In this document: piece after piece, positions 59,898 to 64,000 of the stretch
How positions within the stretch are numbered: position 1 is the stretch's first letter
How the letters are laid out: each line of letters starts with the position of its first letter
Assembly: GCA_030390025.1 (NCBI GenBank)
Contig: CM059432.1
Span: forward strand, 92,568,001 to 92,632,000
Direction: 5' to 3'
Source: Squalus acanthias
Lineage: Eukaryota
Length of the DNA stretch: 64,000 nt
Position numbers and translations under genes: made by a program
Notes under the pieces: model-generated
The model's database searches: none
What the model was told of the DNA's origin: nothing
What the model saw: only the letters and a program-made list of their open reading frames with translations

Positions 59898-62800
59898 CTA
59901 AAAGAAAAACATTAAGACATTAAAAAAACAATTATAATGAAGGCATATTATGAATACAATTCCAATTCAATCTACTCATTCAGATCAAATTTTACAATAT
60001 TTTGTCTATGTAACTCATTTCGACGATAATTCTTACAGAAAACGCTAAATTTTTACTAAAGGACTAAATAAAGTGTATAATTCCTGGTGTCACTAATAAA
60101 TCAGCGGTTTTCAAATCTTTGAGATGGGGACTCCACCCCACCTGTAAATATTAACATACTCCCAGGGACCCTCGCTATCCTAACTTCCAAAAAACAGTGC
60201 TAGCACTGGAGAAAACAATTTATTAACATACAGCAACAGAAACAATGTGCTACTAGGTGTACAATTACAGAAAATTCACACATTTGATAACAGACTGACA
60301 AAAAGCTAGTGGCCTTGAAGAACCTTTGGACTCCTTCATGGTCCCCCATAGGATGACCTATGAGCTAGAGGAACAAAGGCTTCTGCAGATCGTCACATAA
60401 CAATTATTCCTATAAAATGTGTCCCACTTCTTTGTTTTATATGTAGCATTAACATGCGAAAAGTCTTTGCTTCAAGCCAAAGTCAGTCCTAGGAAAAGCA
60501 ATCAATAAGCACTTGTGTTTCTCTCAACTACTTCTATATACACCCGAGGTAACCTTCCTTGAAAATGAGACTGCACAAGGAAAATCTTGGTAAATTTTTG
60601 ACTTGCAAGGCCAATGCTATAACATTCAACTCATTTAATATTTGTAATTTACTACATATAACAAATTCCACCGTACATTTCTTTTGTACCTTAATGTAGT
60701 TGTGCTGCATTACTAGTCTGAGATCTGTAGTGGCAGAGTGGGAAAGCATATCTAGCAACACGAGAGTTATACTGCAGGCTGAGCCTGATTATGAACTGTA
60801 TCCATCCACCAGGTGTAAGCTCTATGTATGCGCGCTTACATACACATGTAGAGCTCGGCACCTTGAGTTATTTTTAATTAGGTGAGCACCAACAAGAGTT
60901 TCTGCTTTCCCATAACATTAAAAAGATTGGAGTAAGTTTATAAAGTGCTCAAGCCCAACACACCACCCAAGCATTTTTTTTAAAAATCTGACTTCAGAGC
61001 ATACTGGAGTTATGTTGCAAAAAGAGTCAAGCCCAAGCAGTGCAAGACGCCCTTCCTGAGGATGTTTTGTACCATGTGGCATGTCTTTTGGAGTCATGCA
61101 CACCTGAAATACCTTTGCATCAGTGCAAAAGTAGCAATATAACTGCTGCCTAACATGTTTTCCCGATTCTTCTACAAGACTGGAATACTGGAAATGGCAC
61201 AGGGAGAGGAATGAAAATGAACTGAAATCAAATACAGAATTCTTGTTTCTCTAACAACAAAATGAAAATTCTAATTAGGGCTGTAACAAGGCTTCAGAAA
61301 TTCAAAGGTTTTTACAAAGTTAAACGACTTTGATGCTATTTTTCTGGGTTTAAAGCTGTCTGGTAAAGGGGATCCCAATACAGATCCTCATGTCACACTA
61401 ACTAAAAAGCTAAATGATTTAGAGTAATAATTACAGATGCAATTCCCTGTTTTCATAAAATAATAAATGTAAAATCCAAATTACACTCTTTTTGTACAGA
61501 AGTACTGTTCCTTAAAAGTTTAAAGCACGGTTCAGACTTTAGCAAAGACAATCATAAAAACTTTGACATTTAACTCCTGACATGAGCTTTAGTGAAAGCA
61601 GTGGCAAAGAATAATCCTGAGACAAAAAATGAAAAGGAGAAATAAACATTACTTTTTATGGTGAAAGTTTTTTTTAAATTACCTTTTAGTACATTCACTG
61701 GATCTGGTCTTCTCTAATGCCCCATCTTCTGAAGATGGAGTCTCAGCTCTGTTCAAAACAGGCTTACCTTCCAGAATTCATATTTAACTAACGTTGAGTC
61801 TATTGGACAGTTGGGTAGTGTAATAAATCGGAGATCTGTCTTGTTTTGAATCATAGACTGTATTTTTAATATTTCTTTATGGGAATTTGTAGATTGGTAG
61901 CATGATGACAAGTTTAAAATAATTCCACTACGTTCTGGAGGCTGCTTGTTATTCTGTATTGGGAAAATACACATCTTGTGATACAGTCACTTCAAAAGGG
62001 GTTGTCTGAATCGGACAAGGTGGATTAAAAACTGTAAAAGACAATCGCTGTTATCGGCACTGGCCAGTCCACAAGGCTGTCACCAAATGCATCAAAGATG
62101 CTGTTCTATAAATGTTCTATAGGCAGTTTCTGTGCCACTGAATACCTCTGATTGACAGTGTTGTATAATTGGGAAGATTGTCTTTGTGTTATCTTCCTAC
62201 GCCCAGTTCCAACTTCAAAGCAGAGGCAGAACTGGAGCACTGTGTCAAGGTTCCTTCAGTGAATCTTTGCTTTGTCAGGCAACTAATGAACTGGAGCTAC
62301 TGGAAAACTCCATGAATATCCAATTTCATGTATAAACTTCACATTAAGGTGTAATACTCCAGAGAATGACAGGAACTGGAGATATTTTTAATATTTTATT
62401 ATTTTACAATAGCTTCTGTAAGCTAAGTGAGAAACACAGCAATTTCTCTATTCACTTTTGTTTTTGCCAATTTTATTTTTTAAATAGATTTGACTTGTAG
62501 TAGCCTGAAACATATGGTCTATTAGAGCATTATTTGCTTGTCAGTCAGAGAAGTCCAGAGTTGTTGTTTCTGGTGTCCATGTTGGCAGGAAATGGGGTTA
62601 TTGTTCAGCTGGAGCACGCTAGCACCCAGACCACTTCACATATAAGGTTAATGTTTCAGTTCATAGGAAGCATGGGCATACCTTTGGAAGGAGTTCTTCG
62701 CACCGGGCAAAAAAATCTTGAAAATGCCCACATTTTTAAATCATTAACACATTCACATCAATCAGCTTTGTTGTAGTTTGAATTTTTAGGACACAATATA

Positions 62801-64000
62801 TCTAATCACAAGAAAACCTTGCAAACAATCATTCATGGATAACAAGGTCCTTATCAAGTTGACGTAGTACTTAATTAGAGGATAGTTTACCCATAATACC
62901 CTACAGATATGATGTTGTGACTTTGCAGTTCTTGATAAGTAGGACTTAGTTGATTATAATTTAAGGTGTTGGATAACTTTTATCCTCTAATAATCAATGG
63001 CAAAAACAGAGTACTAACAATGATCTAGGGTACAGTATAGCTAGCTAGCAAGCATCAGAATTACTTGTCGTTTTTGCTCAATACACCCACAGCATCGCCC
63101 AATGATCAACAGTACAACCATGCACATGTCTTTAGTAATGTAGTGGGATCGTTAGAACAACAGGCAGACAGGACTATTATTAGGAAGCCAAGAAATGCCA
63201 AACTATTTGACCTAAAAAGCACTGATGACTAAAGGTTACAAGTTAGCTTTAATGGGAAATAGAGTCAAAAACATTTCACACAACACTTTGAGATAACTTG
63301 CCTTATTTATCAAACTTGACAGTTTTAAATACCAAAACATTCCATAAGTCCTAAGATAAACAGTTGCTGACATCACTATTATAGTACAGTGCAAAACATG
63401 CACCAAACAAGATTCACACCACCTACTTCAATCCACATGCCAAGTACTGTGCGTTGTTTATTGCAACACAAAAGAATTTTGCTCTTGTAATGTAAATTAG
63501 AGATCTTTTCATATTTAATACCTGTATCACAGAGTATTAATGACAATCAATTAAAATTCAGTTTTTCTGTTTACAAAAAAGGTTATATTTGTGAGAAGCA
63601 GTTTTTATCAAGTTTAAAAGCATAGCTCCTCAGGCTTTTCTTTTATTCCCAAGCTGATTGCTTGAATCACTCATGCTCCATCATAAGGTTAGATCTAAAA
63701 GTGGATACGGTTTCAATATTTGGCAGTAAATGGAGGGAAAAAATACCTTGTTCTTTTCATAACTGTTCAGACATCATCTGTTCTCAATGAGTATACTTGT
63801 GAGTAAGAAATTATAGTTTAAAAGTCTCAAATACATAGCGGTAATATTAAAAACAGAATTTGCATTTCTGTTGGTACTCTGAGAAATGTCACTGCACTTG
63901 GATACGCTGAAACAAACACTGTTAAATGATACTAATGATTCAGCAATAAATTTCTAAACATTTTCCTCATACAGAATTATAAATTCTCTGTTTTGAATTT

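Noticed and set aside
61753..61974. Possible MRPS28 exon 1 (AAG|GTAAGC donor near 61768)
   Set aside because: The translation does not resemble a mitochondrial targeting or MRPS28 N-terminal sequence, and there is no CpG-rich promoter context.

Overview
Eukaryotic vertebrate DNA, most likely from a cartilaginous fish (inferred from the repeat families: CR1/HER1-type LINEs, HE1-type V-SINE, Deu-domain SINEs and Penelope elements). The only host coding sequence I recognise is one 182-bp minus-strand internal exon of MRPS28 (59716-59897). Everything below it appears to be one very large intron (>59 kb, next exon not seen) and 59898-64000 is the upstream intron. The rest is transposon-derived. 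The main element is a structurally complete 4.3-kb PIF/Harbinger DNA transposon (37664-41967; TIRs, TAT target duplication) with a 3-exon Myb/SANT gene convergent on a DDE transposase; the transposase has two lesions and the Myb gene one. Related non-autonomous derivatives lie at about 31.0 kb and 44.0 kb and an older Harbinger relic at 12.9-15.0 kb. A Penelope-like GIY-YIG retroelement carries a minimal hammerhead ribozyme, and further hammerhead relics occur elsewhere. Also present: two near-full CR1 ORF2 copies, many L2/CR1/SINE fragments (often nested), an LF-SINE-like relic, a Tigger/pogo-type MITE, a strong CTCF motif and an ETS-motif cluster. Family assignments come from recalled motifs, not database searches, and fragment boundaries are approximate unless a TIR, TSD or splice site is quoted.
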